Origin: Asterias rubens
Lineage: Eukaryota
Direction of reading: 5' to 3'
NCBI RefSeq assembly: GCF_902459465.1
Contig: NC_047071.1
Location: 9,114,001-9,178,000 of the forward strand
DNA: 64,000 nucleotides
How positions within the stretch are numbered: the stretch's first letter is position 1; each line of letters starts with the position of its first letter. The translations under genes were made by a program, and so were the position numbers. This document shows, piece after piece, positions 48,123-61,243 of this stretch. A model generated the notes under the pieces. That model saw only the letters and a list, made by a program, of their open reading frames with translations. It ran no database searches and was not told the DNA's origin.

Positions 48123-50612
48123 AGTGACTCTCCATCACATCCCAAGCTGATTTGAGTTCAACCCCATATGGTAAACAGATTATTAAGAATAGGTACTTAT
48201 GAGTTTTATATATTTTCAGATTTTGGTTCGGCTCTGCAGAGAACAGCTAAATTGTTTACTGTTCCAATTCGTCTACAAAAGGTCATACACAAGACCTGGA
48301 AATACCTATTAGATGTTTCATTGTTATTTCCGTCCAGTTTATTAACAAGGTCATTATTGCGGGAAGCCGGGGGGGGGGGGGGCACCCCAAACTTAGGTTT
48401 ACATCCTAACCGCCCTCTGTTGAAGACTGGTTTTTGACAATTACCAATAGTGTCCAGTGTCTTCAAGCAAGGTGTGATGTCTATGGTGATAATGACTTAT
48501 TTTAAGATGAATTTTTTTTTTTAATCGATCGTTGACGATTTTGATTTGTAAACTACAACTTGATAAAGAACGGGTTATACAAGAAATCTGTCCCTCGTTT
48601 TTGTCAATCCAAATAAATTTGCAAAACATAAAATGGTGACCATGAAAACAAAAACTTGCTTTCTTAAAAGCTAGGCCAACATCACAATTAGGTTCATCCT
48701 TTTGCCGGACTGTTGACAATGGAAGTGGCTTGAAAGATCCACTATATTAATAATTGCAACATCCCGCTTTTTGAAACTTAATGGCCCCATTCACACGGCT
48801 AATTTCCTCTCGAACCTTTGGATGGCCTACATTAAAGTGTTTGGTGCGGGTAGACCCTTGGAAGGAACACTCTGGATGTCTAGTATCCCAGACCGGAAAC
48901 CAAAGTAGATATTAAGATAAACGTGAGAAATATAATTTCAGGTTTGCTTAGTGGGAGATTTAAAGGGAAGGTACACGTTTTGTAATTACTAAAACAAATA
49001 CTAACTTAAAAACTGACTTCGTAACGAGCATTGGAGAGCTGCTGATAGTATTGTGAGAAACGGTTCGCTCTGAAGTAGCATAGATTTTGAAATAGAGGTA
49101 ATTTCTCACTAAAATAATGAACGACTTCTAGCTAGTCTAACAATGGTGTTTTTTCTTTCATCATTTTCTCCCAACTCCGATGACCAATTGAGCTCAAATT
49201 TCCACAGGTTTGCTATTTTATGCATATGTTGAGATACACCAAGTGCAAACACTGGTCTTTGACAATTACCAATAGTGTACATTCCCTTTAAACCCAGATG
49301 ATAGAAACTCGTTTGCCATGTACGTTGTTTTTATTAGGGTTCATACCAGACGCAATATTAGATGATTATTCACTGTATAATCGATGGTGTTGTTAATACT
49401 GGACTCACAAGCACTTACTCTCTGTACAAAACGCCCGTGTTACAAATAACCGAGATTCCAGGAACCTTGAGGCTTGACCCGATCTGAGTTATTATCGACC
49501 TATAGATTGTTTGACCCATAAATGGATCTAACTATACGCAGAATCCGAGTTAAAATTGCATTTCTTTTAAACTTGTTTTCGTGGTCAACCTGACACAGAA
49601 ATGGTTTAGGGCGAGTGCAATGCGTTTAAAACGGGGTTTGTACACATTTACTCCATGGTTTATTCTCAAATATAGATACACAACAAACACAATTCAAAAA
49701 TTAGTACATTTGTGTAGTTCAACACCATGGTGTCAATGTTGCAGTGTACCGAACTCAAACAAACACCCATTTTCATTATGTCCTTTGTTTTCATTGACAG
49801 TGTTGCTGCAATGCTTCCAGGCCGCCCCTTTAGCTGAAGGCTCTGGGAGTCAAGTTCCCCAGCTGGTATCAGGCGGAGTTGCTCTCAGTCCAAGATGGTC
49901 TGAAATCGTCATAGACCAGGAAGGAAGTGGTGGCGAGTCCGAAGCGTCACAGTTCTCATCGACTTCGGATATTCTCTCGCAGTCGAGTAGTCTTGAACCG
50001 TCAAGCGAAGTTCTGAGCAGCTCCGACACCGCCGAGGCTTACGGCACATCCAGTGAAGGCGATTCCGATTTTGTGATCGAAGAATCCGGTGTCGATAACG
50101 AGGAGTCGATACTGATTCAGACGACGACGATTTGGCAGGAGTTAGACGATAACGATTTTGACCTGGACGGTGGGGCTGGGAATGAAGTCGGTCAGGAAGG
50201 AGGGGAGGAGCCTGGCACTGACCAGGAGGAGGGGGATAATGTCGACAATGAAATCATGAATGTCACACCAACAGAAGCCGAGACGACAACGTCTGTTGAC
50301 GACAACGCCATCCCCGGTGGTGTACGCAACAGCCCGATTGAGTCTGGCGAACAGGAGAGTAACAACTTGAACATCATCTCGAATGTACTTGGGAACGAGG
50401 TTGGGGATCACGAAGGCCGAGTCAAGGGGGGCGTCGGGACGCCTAACGAGCCGAATGAGACCAGTGAAAGCAGCGGCATACCAGGCTCGGGTGTCATGGC
50501 GGTGGTTATGTTTGCTGCAGCGATCGGAGTTGGTGCATTGATTAGTTTCATCATGTTTAGCGTGTCTAGATTCTTTAAGAAAACTACCTCCCGTAACAAC
50601 GACCCCAAATAA
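45410..50612 (+). CDS. Cluster gene 5: acidic Ser/Glu/Asp-rich single-pass membrane protein (proteoglycan-like), 286 aa; join(45410..45458,49801..50612)
   Basis: Exon 1 is gacATG...ATG G|gtaagt (MSSRGQTSLLVTVILM). Acceptor tttgttttcattgacag|tg at 49801, phase 1, gives V-LLQCFQA|APLAEGSGS and completes a signal peptide; joined CDS is 861 nt. TM VMAVVMFAAAIGVGALISFIMFSV, tail SRFFKK. The pairing spans a 4.3-kb intron, so it is somewhat less certain. Confidence 0.8.
46000..46751. mobile_element. Two family A MITEs in opposite orientation sharing a central TTAA (46385-46388), inside gene 5 intron
   Basis: Copy 1 (46000-46388) ends gtccagtgtctttaa; copy 2 (46385-46751) starts with the reverse-complement end and finishes cagtgtccactgtgtttaa. 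Confidence 0.8.
48960..49291. mobile_element. MITE family A variant, inside gene 5 intron
   Basis: ttaa-agggaaggtacacg ... gtgtacattccct-ttaa. Confidence 0.8.
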
Positions 50613-53600
50613 ATCAGAAAAACTCTGCGGACATTTAGTTAGAGTACTAGACCAGACGTTTAATTGGTTGTCTTTCTACGAACATAAAAACATGCAGTCA
50701 AGTGTATTCATTCGGATACATTTCACACAATTGTTGTACATTTTTTACCTTTAAAAATATACTAATTTCCAAGTGAGGAAGGATGTTTTCATCATTAGAC
50801 TTTGCTTTAAAATTATGAAGGTTCTTGTAAAAAAGAGGGCACATCAACGAACATTTAAAAAAACATGCTCTCTTGTAAAAAAGGTAATTATTTACGTTTG
50901 TCAATTGCCATTGATGAAGGTTGATAGAGCTAAACCAGAAGAATTTTGCCCGTAACAAGATTGATTTGTATTACATGGTAACTGAAGCCAACAAATATGT
51001 ACATTGCCTTTGGATTGTGCGCTTTCTTGTCTATTAGAATGTTCAGAAAGAATGTTTGTCAAAAAATTACTGTTTTAAAGTAGAATGTAATTATATTCTA
51101 CAAAATGGTCCCTTAAATCCATTGTGTTGTTCTTTTGAATTGAACACATAGAACACAGCCAGGTATATGTAAAACTAAAATATCGCTTTCTCAAAATAGC
51201 GGACTAGATCGTGAAACAGTTTATTACCTTCGGTCCGTTTATTTAAATTTTTCAATGTCATGTTATTGTAATTTAAAAGACTGGTTGACTAAGGTCATTG
51301 GCTTAGGTCATTTCATTGCACTGAACTTTAACCTGTGATCTCTGGAGATGGGGCAAGTTATTACATAAGACACTAGCACGCGTATGCGGCCTCTGTTGAC
51401 CGGTCCTTATTAATTATGTAGCGCCAATTTCACCCAATTGTGACCGGTACCATGCTACACCAGTCTATACCAACGTGTAAATGTTGGGCAAATATTGGGT
51501 GAAGGTAACTGAAGATTTTTAGGGGATGGAAACGTCTCGCAGGACAAAGGTTTAAAACAATATTCCGGAAAACATATATCCACTGAGCTTTGCAGCACAA
51601 CATATTGGTATTCGTAGGAATGTTTAAAGAACATGTCATCAAGGCAATTTACAGACAGGGTGAACATCAATCCACATGATAATGTCAATATATTTGGTTG
51701 AATGTACAGTAGGGTAGTAAGACAAACAAAAATGCATGCTGAATTATAAGTGCTTCTTTTCGCTTGCGTGACATGGCCTTTATGATTCAAACCCTGATTG
51801 GACCATGCTCCTATGTTGATGCATTGGACAGCAATGAATAAAACAAAAACAAAATACACAAATGATCGTTAATATCAATGTATAGAATAGTTGTATTGTC
51901 ATTCATAATTGCTTGACAATGTGTATATAAAATTGCCTGGTATTTTTCATTTTAAGAAAAGTAACGTGCAGGTTTTAAAAACTCAAATAAAAAAACTTAA
52001 CAAACGTTAAAGCGATGTTTGTTTTATTCTGTTTGTCTGTTTTAAATCATTTTGGAACTCCTTTAGCAGTAAAGCAAACGAAGAAGTGTTAAAAAAAAAC
52101 AGAAAGACAGCAATTGCTATTGAATGTTTTTAGTTTTTCGAAAAACCTTATTTTTTACTCGATAATTACGAAAAGTTCAGAAGTGTACACATATCAAAAT
52201 TACATTAAAATGGTGAACAAGTGCATTATAAACAAGTAAAAATACAATTTCTGTTGAAAACATTCCGCTCAGGTAGCTGTTTAATAGAATGTCACTGGAT
52301 GGGAGAACAAATTTAAATTCAATAGTTATAAGAATGGAACCTCCATTGAAGTCGCAAACTTTGCTTAAAGGGACATTACATAGTTGTTTTTGCCAACAAA
52401 TCGGTGGCTGGCAGTGTAGGCACTTTATGTAATACACCACATACATCAACTGACAAACCTCTTGAAGTTTGAGATCGATTGGCCATCTGGGTCACGAGAA
52501 AATATTGAAAACCCGGTTACACAATTGCAGGACATTGTTGCAAAAACTAATACGAATAAAACGCTCAGGGAGCGATACATTTGACAATTCAGACACATTC
52601 GGTACTTAATTTGTAATATAAACGACTTTCAACGCTTACTGTCGTGGAGTATGAACCATTTGTATACAATTTAAACATGAAATGGGTGTGTTTAACTACT
52701 TTTTTAATTTGTTTTTTTATTTTTTATAATTACGTGTCTCTCTGTCAAGTAACGAAGTACAAGAGGAAAACTGAGTGAATGTTAATAAAAGCGGGTTTGC
52801 AGCCATACACATTTGCCTATAGCGGAAATTGAACCTGCGACCTCCGAATCACCTAACACGAATTGAACCATCAATCCTTTTTTGGCAGTCTCCTTATTGT
52901 GTCTTTAGTTTAGGAGTCACACACAAGTGTACGATATAACCTTGTCTCCATTCCTTAAAGTATGGCGGTGAATCTATTGTGAGATGCTCATTTACTTGTT
53001 TTGCATAACAACAACTAAAGTTGCATAAGTCTTATACTTTTTCAGTAACAATACAGTTCAAACCCGTGGCTGATAAATTGAATTGTTAACTTGCGGAAAC
53101 TGACTCATTGCCTTCGTCACTAATTAGGTCTTCCTATTTTGGACTTGGTTGCAATGGTGGGTTTGGGGATAACACATCAGAGACATACACATACATGTGC
53201 ATGGTCGGCTTTACGTATAAGAAATGTTTGTTGCTCATCATGTTTTATAAATAGGAGCTCTGACGTACAGGAAAGTATACAAGCAGATTTTTATCTCGTC
53301 ATTCTCCCTGTGTGCGATGACTAGTGCGTTACTAAATGGTTTCAGAATAGTTTACCATTTAACCTCGCGTTGGTTTCAATTACTTCAATGAGAGACCTAT
53401 AAATTTTGTGAAAAATGAAAAGATTCATTACAATTTTTTTTTTTTCCGCTTGACGCTATATGGTAAAGTTAGTATACATCATTATCTTGGAAATTACTTA
53501 TAAGACTTAAGTGGGTAGATGGGTATACGTTTAATTAAACCTAACGATATGGCCTCCCTTAATAATACCAATATGGTTCAATACGCATGTTTTGATTTTT

Positions 53601-56046
53601 AAAACGGCTATTTAGCTAATCCCAAGCACTAATATCAACCGAATAAGGGGTGGGGGTGGGGACCATAGACGTCTGAAAGCCAGTTACTCGAGCTAATTTC
53701 TTCTTCTGGGAGATACAATTTGTAAAATTCCATTGTGACCGAAGAGCGAGCCAACTCTCCATTTTTGCGCACGATTTATGAAAACCATTTACATTCCTTG
53801 ATTGTCATTTTCGTTTTTACTTTATGAAATAGCTTTAGTCCGGTTGGAAGTGGTGGATGGGGGGGGGGGGGGGGGGGGCGGTCACGCACTCCATTGATAC
53901 TTTTGTCTAACTTACTATTTGAAGGTGTCCAGTTAATTTTGAGGTTTCCAATGTTGAATAAATTGGTACATGGCGTCATTTGGCGGCCATCTTGTTGGCG
54001 GCCATCTTGGATTTTGACAAACAAATTATAGTCAGCGTAAGTTTTGAGCCAGACACCACACAAAAACAATTTAATCCATTCAGTTAGAAAACAAACCCAT
54101 GGGGCGCATAGGAATCCACACTCTTTTCCACCTCACTACTTTAAGAAACTCTTCACGAGACTGTACCTTACATAATCTAACCTCTTGACCTCGAGTCACC
54201 GGAAGTCGGGTCAGACAGTGAGTAATGACCGGAACTTTACATAACCTCATTATTTAACACGAGGTCTACCACCTGGCTCTCTCTATGTTTGTTTCTAAAC
54301 CTAAACATTGCAAATTGTAACCATTTTAGGTAAAAGAAAGCAAATTTTAAAGGAAAATCATCATAGAAAATCAGAAATGAGACATTAATGTTGCTCAAGA
54401 CTAAAGTAAGCTGCCCCTCCATTTAAAGGTTAAAGCCAAACTGAATGAACAGTTTCCGTTCAGTAATTCAATCAAAAACTGTTTGAAAGTGAGCGCCACA
54501 TTAATAATGTGTTTGTGTTTGTAAGTAATTTCGACAGGAAGAAAATAACCGTGTATCCAGGAAATCACAACTTAATTTGAGAATTCTGTTTCCAATAAAG
54601 GCTCGATTTTGTTAGCTTCTATAAAATGATTACATAAAGGTTAAAGTTTATACTACGTCTAAACTATTACAATCTGGTTAAAATGATAATTGTATGTGGG
54701 GAATTACTGTTTGATGTTTGTCTGTTTTTTTTTGTTTTTTTTCGTTTTTTTTTTCTTGTTTTCTTTTTTTTTCTTGGGGGGGGGGGGTTGTTTAAGTACA
54801 CGTAACTTTGAAGACAAAAGACTCAGTAGCATTTATAAAAGAACGTTATGCTGTCAAAATAAAATCTCACTGACTGCGAAGGTCATGCTGGCACAAATCC
54901 TCCCCAGTAGTGTTCCCTCTCTGAAATGAAATAAAACCCCAAACAATGGCAGATGGCGTAATTAAAAATAAATCATTTGGGGAAGTTGTAGACAAAATTG
55001 CATAATGAGTGGAGGAGGGGGCTTTACAGCTTTTGTGAGTGTACTGCACTTTGAGGAGCTTCTCTGTTGAAAGGTTATTGGGAAATATTTATGTTGTTAT
55101 CCCCCCCCCCCAAAAAAAAAAAAAAAAAAAAAAAAACGTTACCGACAGTTAAGTTTCTCAGATCGTGTATTCTAGTTGCAGATTAGTTTTCTGCTTGGAC
55201 GTCACAACTCCCAATTTTTCGCTATAATCTCACAAACGCGAACACCTTTTCAACTAAATTGTCCACTGCTAGTTTTATGGTATCATACTTACAGCTAAGT
55301 TGTATTTAAACAAACAGTAGGGTTCCACTTACCAAGCGATCACTCTATAACCTTAACATATTATTTGATAGGTCTGTAAAATTAAGCGTGTTGTCGTCCC
55401 TTTGAGGCAACATTTGTTTTGAAGGTTTCCTCTAGGCACTTGCTGATTTCTTGACTGAAACCTTTTAGTCCACCACCCATTGTCCTTAATTGACCCATCC
55501 TATACTCTGTCAACGACATCTTTGTTAATAATAACTTTAACCGCAAGAAGCAATTGTGTTGCCAAGATATATTTTTATCTCACGCCACAGTCTGTGTTTA
55601 ATGAAACCATACAGCCAACCAAAATGCTCGGCGTAATTACAAACCAAAATTAAAAACATCAAGGGAGTTAATTTTTCTAATGGAGTCTCTTCCGGTTCGA
55701 ACCGGAAGTTCAAACATCATTTCGATGTCAAGATGTCACCGTAACGTACAACACAACGTAAGCTTGCCTTTTATATTTTACAGTAAGCATAAGCACCAGT
55801 TTCTTTTAATAATGTACGTGGTATGAATGACCCCAACTACAGTTTGTGGTAAACAGGGTCTGTCAACTTCTCACGTGAAGGGGGCCTGGAACACGTTGTG
55901 GTGAGTCAGCTAGTATCGTGATTCTATACATCCTTAGGCATGCAACAGTCTAAGCCGGTGTGAGACACCCACGTTTCTCGGTCCTTTTTTCTCTGTCACT
56001 CAGCCGGCTTCAGGACGTCTCAAGATTAGCTACAACTGCTTCCAAG

Positions 56047-57985
56047 ATGAAGACATTGTCTGTACTTATCGTTGTTCTTATCGGTAAGTTAGTTATATTT
56101 CAACTTTTAATTAATTTATTATGTTACGGTTTAGGATTATGGGTTGGTGGAAACATCGGCCGTTTGGTAATGGGTATACTTAGACAATTATTTTAAAATG
56201 GCAGCCATCTTGGAAATGCAAGATTTCGCATACTACTTGAGCAGACCATCCAATTGCATTGTTAGCTGTTATAAAAACAAAAGTTTCTTTTGAAAACACC
56301 TTTTGATCATAGGGCTGTTAGTGTGTTTATTTGTTAGTATCAGTTTTCTGTAGTTTGAAAACATGATCTTAACTTGGCCTTAACTTCATTTTGTAGAGTT
56401 ACTTGAATGTTATTCTTTCTGTTGTTTTTTTTCTTTTTTTTTTTCTTTTTTCGTTTTTTGTTTAAGTCATTCGCACCTCAATTCTGTAATCGGTGGAGCA
56501 CAGAAGTAAAACGTCTGTTGTTGTTTATCAACACCGGCGCCATAATGTCGTCATATTTTACATATATAAATCACATGACCATGAGTCACTTGATAATGAG
56601 TCACATGACAGCTGACATTGACACTCTTAATTGTTTAGTTTCAATATTGAAGGAGCAAGGTATGCTTTTAAATTTTAAACAAACAAGCAAATAAACAAAC
56701 AAACAAACAAACAAACAAACAAACAAACAAACAAACACAAGTTGTGACTACTTTAAAATAGGTGCATCGGCGTTTGTTTTATGGTTTATGGTGTACTCAC
56801 ACACAAACGAGTGTTTGCGCACTGAAAAAAATTCACTTTAACCTCTTAAGAAAAATATCACTGTATTTTATAATTTTGTGTTACTCCCCAGGCACAGCAT
56901 TTGCCCAGAATGACGAGAGCAACGAACAGGTTGATGCAGCTGCTCAGATGGGTACCGACAACGCGGCCGGTGGGATGGCAGGTGAGGTCGATCGGCAGGG
57001 GATGGGGGTATTCTTCGGAAACATCGGCGGGAAGGTCGTCCCCAAACCACAGATGACCGGTCAGGGAGAAGGCGACGTGGAGAGCACTGAGGCCGGAGGT
57101 GCCGCCATGGAAGCTGCTGCTGTCGCAGAGCAGAATGGGGAGGAGGAGGAGACAGAGGAGAAGACTAACGAGCAAAACGAACCAGAAGAAGAATCGGAGG
57201 CAGCTGAGGCTGGGGAGGAGAATGAAGAGATGGAAGGAGAGGAGGCTGATGGTGAGGAATCAACGGGAGGTATGCCGGTTATGGACGGCGAGGAGAACGA
57301 GGAGACCCCGGCGGGAGGCACTAATCCCTTCATCGCTATCAATGGAGGACAACCTGAGGGTGAGGGTATGGACGCTCCAGAGATGGTTGGTGGTGACGGG
57401 GAGGGAGCTGAGATGGGCGAAGCTGGCGATGAGAGCTCTGAAGTTTCCGAAGGAGCTGCACAGACAGCCGGAGTTACCACGGATAGCGAGGAGGAGCAGG
57501 GAGCCGCCATCGGTCAACAGAGTGAGGCTGATGTTGAGAGCTCAGAGGTTGCCGAGGAAAGTGAACATGAATCCTCAAGCGTGATGACCACCAGCGGAGG
57601 GGTCCCTGTCGAAGAGGTACCCGTGGAGAAAGAGGCATCAGTTGACAATGAGGCACCAATGGATGAAAATAAACCAGTGGATATAGAGGAACCGGTGGAT
57701 AACAAGGCAACAGAGGATACCGAGTCAACTGACCTCAAGTTGAACAAACTTGCTGAAAAGGCAAAGCAGCTTTCTGACGGGGTCACGACTGAGCAGCCTG
57801 GTGCCACCACGCCCCCACCCACAGAGGATAAAGATGATAAAACCTCACAGGGGCTGAGTGACGCCACCAAGACCCGTATTGCAATATCGGTGTCGTCCAT
57901 CGGAGCCGTGGCACTGGTAGGTGTTATCGCTATGGCTATTGGAAAGCATACACAACGACGACCTAACTCTGGACCACCAGCATAG
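56047..57985 (+). CDS. Cluster gene 6: Glu-rich acidic single-pass membrane protein, 376 aa; join(56047..56083,56892..57985)
   Basis: Exon 1 is ccaagATG...ATC G|gtaagt (MKTLSVLIVVLI). Acceptor tgttactccccag|gc at 56892, phase 1, gives GTAFA|QNDES; joined CDS is 1131 nt. TM IAISVSSIGAVALVGVIAMAIG, tail KHTQRRPNSGPPA*. Confidence 0.88.
56680..56737. repeat. (CAAA)n microsatellite in gene 6 intron
   Basis: Visible tetranucleotide run. Confidence 0.9.
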
Positions 57986-58016
57986 ATCGTATGGCATTAC
58001 ACTTAGTATTGATAGG

Positions 58017-58430
58017 CCGAGTCCGAATTGGCGGCTATAACTACGGCTACGGCTGTTTCTACGTTTGTTGCTAAGGACGTATCTTGCGTCAAAGCTTGAC
58101 GACGCTGAAATATAGCTGTAGCCGTAGCTGTAGCCGCTAAATTGGACACGTCATTTTAGACCCAACGTTGATCGGTAGCCATTGCTGTCAGAGCTCATGT
58201 CTACAACGGTGTTAGAAGACCATAATACACAAATTCAAAAGTAATCAGACTTACCGTCTTTTTAAAGTATTGTTTGTGTTGCGGGGAGTAGTGTGGTCGT
58301 ATCAGAATTGGAGGCTATGGCTACCTGTTGTTCTGCTGTTGCTAAGGACTTACTAAACTTCATTACATGATGACGCCGTGATCTAGCTGAAGCGTAACCG
58401 TAGCCGTAGCTGTCACTTCGGACACGGTGC
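58017..58430. repeat. Two related short foldback elements downstream of the gene 6 stop
   Basis: gtccgaattggcggctataactacggctac / gtagccgtagctgtagccgctaaattggac at about 58017-58150; a second diverged copy at about 58300-58425. Confidence 0.6.
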
Positions 58431-59083
58431 ATGATTGAGAAACATATTGGCCAACTCGATAAACATATTTTGTCAAGTGACATTAACTATCGAATACACT
58501 TCTAAGTAGTAGAACCTCAAATTGTAATGGTCGAACATATTATTATTTTCTCACGCCCCAGCCCTCCATGAAAATAGAGCAACGTAATACAATTCTAGAC
58601 ACATGGTGGCAGCATACTTACCCGGAAACAGACACTCCCGGAAAATAGCGCATTCTAAGAACTAGGTAATGATTAAAAAACACTTTACCGGCAAATCTCT
58701 GCAACCAGGACCTAAAGACGCCAATTTCCTCATTATTAAAAGCTGCTTCATTTTATAATAAACATATGCAAAATGCAGTCTAGTGCACAAACATAATAAT
58801 GTTCTGCCCCCCCCCCATCCCCGTCCCGCCACCTCCATCCCACCCCCACCCCGTCCCTTCCCACCCTTTAAATTAAGATTAAGAATGTTCGGCTATAAAA
58901 CCGCCGTTGACTTTTTACCTTTAAAAGTATCAAGTTGTTACCTTTAAAAGTACCATGTTGAGTTAAAATTCCAGTAAATAAACTAATTATAAATTGAACA
59001 CTTGAAATGTTAGTGTTTTACAAGGGGCACAAGTTCAATGGTCACAGCAGGCCAAAGGTTGAACGTTGAATTATTACTCCAGC

Positions 59084-59261
59084 TGCCGTCGATTTCACAA
59101 AACTCTTCCTAACATAAGACTAATCTTAGGACTTATTAGGACGAGTCCCAACCCTGCACTGTAGCATGCAGACCTTAAGATTAATCCTAAGTTAGTTAGG
59201 ACGGGTTACTCGTCCTAACTCGAGATAAGACGAGTCCTAACTCTTTGTGAAATCGACGGCT
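59084..59261. mobile_element. Short MITE with gccgtcgatttcacaaa TIRs
   Basis: gccgtcgatttcacaaa / tttgtgaaatcgacggc, 17-bp inverted ends. Confidence 0.75.
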
Positions 59262-59380
59262 GTGTGAAGGGTACGTGCACACATGAAATGACTTGGTGAC
59301 AGTTCATAATTCCATGTACAGCCACAAGCCTGCTCTGACCATTCAAGGACTCAAGTAAGCCTATGAACAATGATAAAGCT

Positions 59381-59587
59381 GCCGGGCAACCTCGGTAGTC
59401 TAGTTGGTAAGACACTGCTCTAGAATTGCAAGGGTCGTGGGTTCGAATCCCACCCGAGTAACATGCCTGTGATATTTTTTCACAGGACTCGGGAAAGTAC
59501 TGAGTATACAGTGCTAACACACATCGGTGTATGGGTAAAAACCAAAATTAATATTCTTTATCCCCGATGCAAATTTAACATCTATTA
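59381..59587 (+). mobile_element. tRNA-derived SINE
   Basis: A-box-like tagtctagttggt and B-box ggttcgaatcc, partial cloverleaf with an unpaired anticodon arm, followed by a non-tRNA body. Confidence 0.7.
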
Positions 59588-61243
59588 AAATGATAAAGCA
59601 ATTGTCTACACTTGTTTAAAGTATACCAATCGTTTCGGACGATTATGTAGTGAGTTTTGAAGCTTGTCATTCTTATTATTGGTTTGTTTTCCAAATCTGA
59701 ATTCCCTAGCATCGCCAGCATTGTGATTACTCCAGCCATTATTGACCATAACACTCAATTAAAAAAGAGCACTGGAAATGTACCTTATTCTATAAAAAAC
59801 TCCATCGTTTTTAACATCGGTTAAAAAAATTATTATAAATCGTTTTAAGAACTGACATTACTGTAATAGAGAAATAGGTACGTCACAACCCTTAAATTGA
59901 ATCCGTGGTAGACTTCAGACATAAAGCCCCCTTTTAGGCATCTTAAAGCAACTTGGTTTGAGCCCAAATTTGCACAGGTTTGTTGGTTTACTCATTGTGC
60001 ATGGGATACTGTTGACAATTACCAAAAGTATACACTGCCTTTAAAGGGTCAAAAATTGCAACTTCGATGATACCATGTTATCATCTTATATTTGTTGTTA
60101 TAAGCAGATTAATAATAATTATATTGCAATAAGTATTTGGGTTTAACCATATAGTCATCTTGATTTTCAATAAACTGTATGATTTTTTTAGTTTAATTTT
60201 ACTCAAAAAGGCATATTTATTAGGGACATAAAGACAAACAACATTAAAATATATTTCTAGTTTAAAGGAAATTACGTTAATGTGATTGTTTGTTTTAACT
60301 TTTATTCGGATTTGACGTAAGGTCGTTGCGTCCGGTGTGTTGAAACGCATGTAAAATAACCCATTCCACTTATTGAAAAGAGAAGGGGTTCGCCCCGCTG
60401 TTCCTGGCTGTGGCTGCTGTATGCGCCGTAGCACCTTGTAAACCCTTAGAATGTGCTAAATAATAGGGTCTCAGAAATCATCACTTCAATAACCTATAGA
60501 TCTTTCTGAAAGTTTGTACATACTCAGCGCCTTGAGTACCTAGTCTGGTGGATATGAGCGGCGCCTTATAAGACTTCAATATTAGTATTAGTATTATATT
60601 GTTTCATACGATGCCTTTATTGCTTGATTTGTTTGTGCACGGCAACAAGTTTGAATATTTTAAAGATTTACTTCATACATCCTGCATTCTTTAACTTTTT
60701 TTGTTGCTTTAATTGTTTTAGAACGCCCGATTAAAACCTATTTTTAATGTTATTTACTTCATCCCCAAAATTAAGCTTTAAGCATAATCTTACATAAAAT
60801 GACATGTTTCTGGAAACTCTGACACGTTTAATGGTTCACACTTTAACTTTCGGTAAATAACCAAGGCTGTTTTAAAAAATCATGACGTAATCATTTTGTG
60901 AATCAGCATACGCGCATCTGACAAGTCAATTAACTTTTACCAGAACGGTGTACTATATAACTTTACATCCTGTTAAGCGAACGTCCGCCATTACAGCTTT
61001 GTATTCTTTAACGGAACAATACAGTGACGTTTTCTAGTTTCGATTTTACTTAACAGCCACGGACAAATACAAATAAAAACACAACGGACACCAACGGATC
61101 AGCATAAAAGGATGAATTTTAAGTCCTGTGATTCTAATTGTTAAGATTGAGTGACTGCAGCAGGACGTGGGAAAACAAAATTCTGTTCGCTGAGATTTAA
61201 TTGTGGTACGAAAATAAGTCGTGAAGTAAACTGACCTACGAGA

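Noticed and set aside
49801-50612. Syndecan assignment for gene 5
   Set aside because: The tail lacks the conserved syndecan C1 and C-terminal EFYA-type motifs.
59391-59460. Possible tRNA gene (also 20464-20527 and 35380-35421)
   Set aside because: Anticodon arm does not pair properly or is deleted, and each runs into a repeated non-tRNA body, so these are SINE heads.
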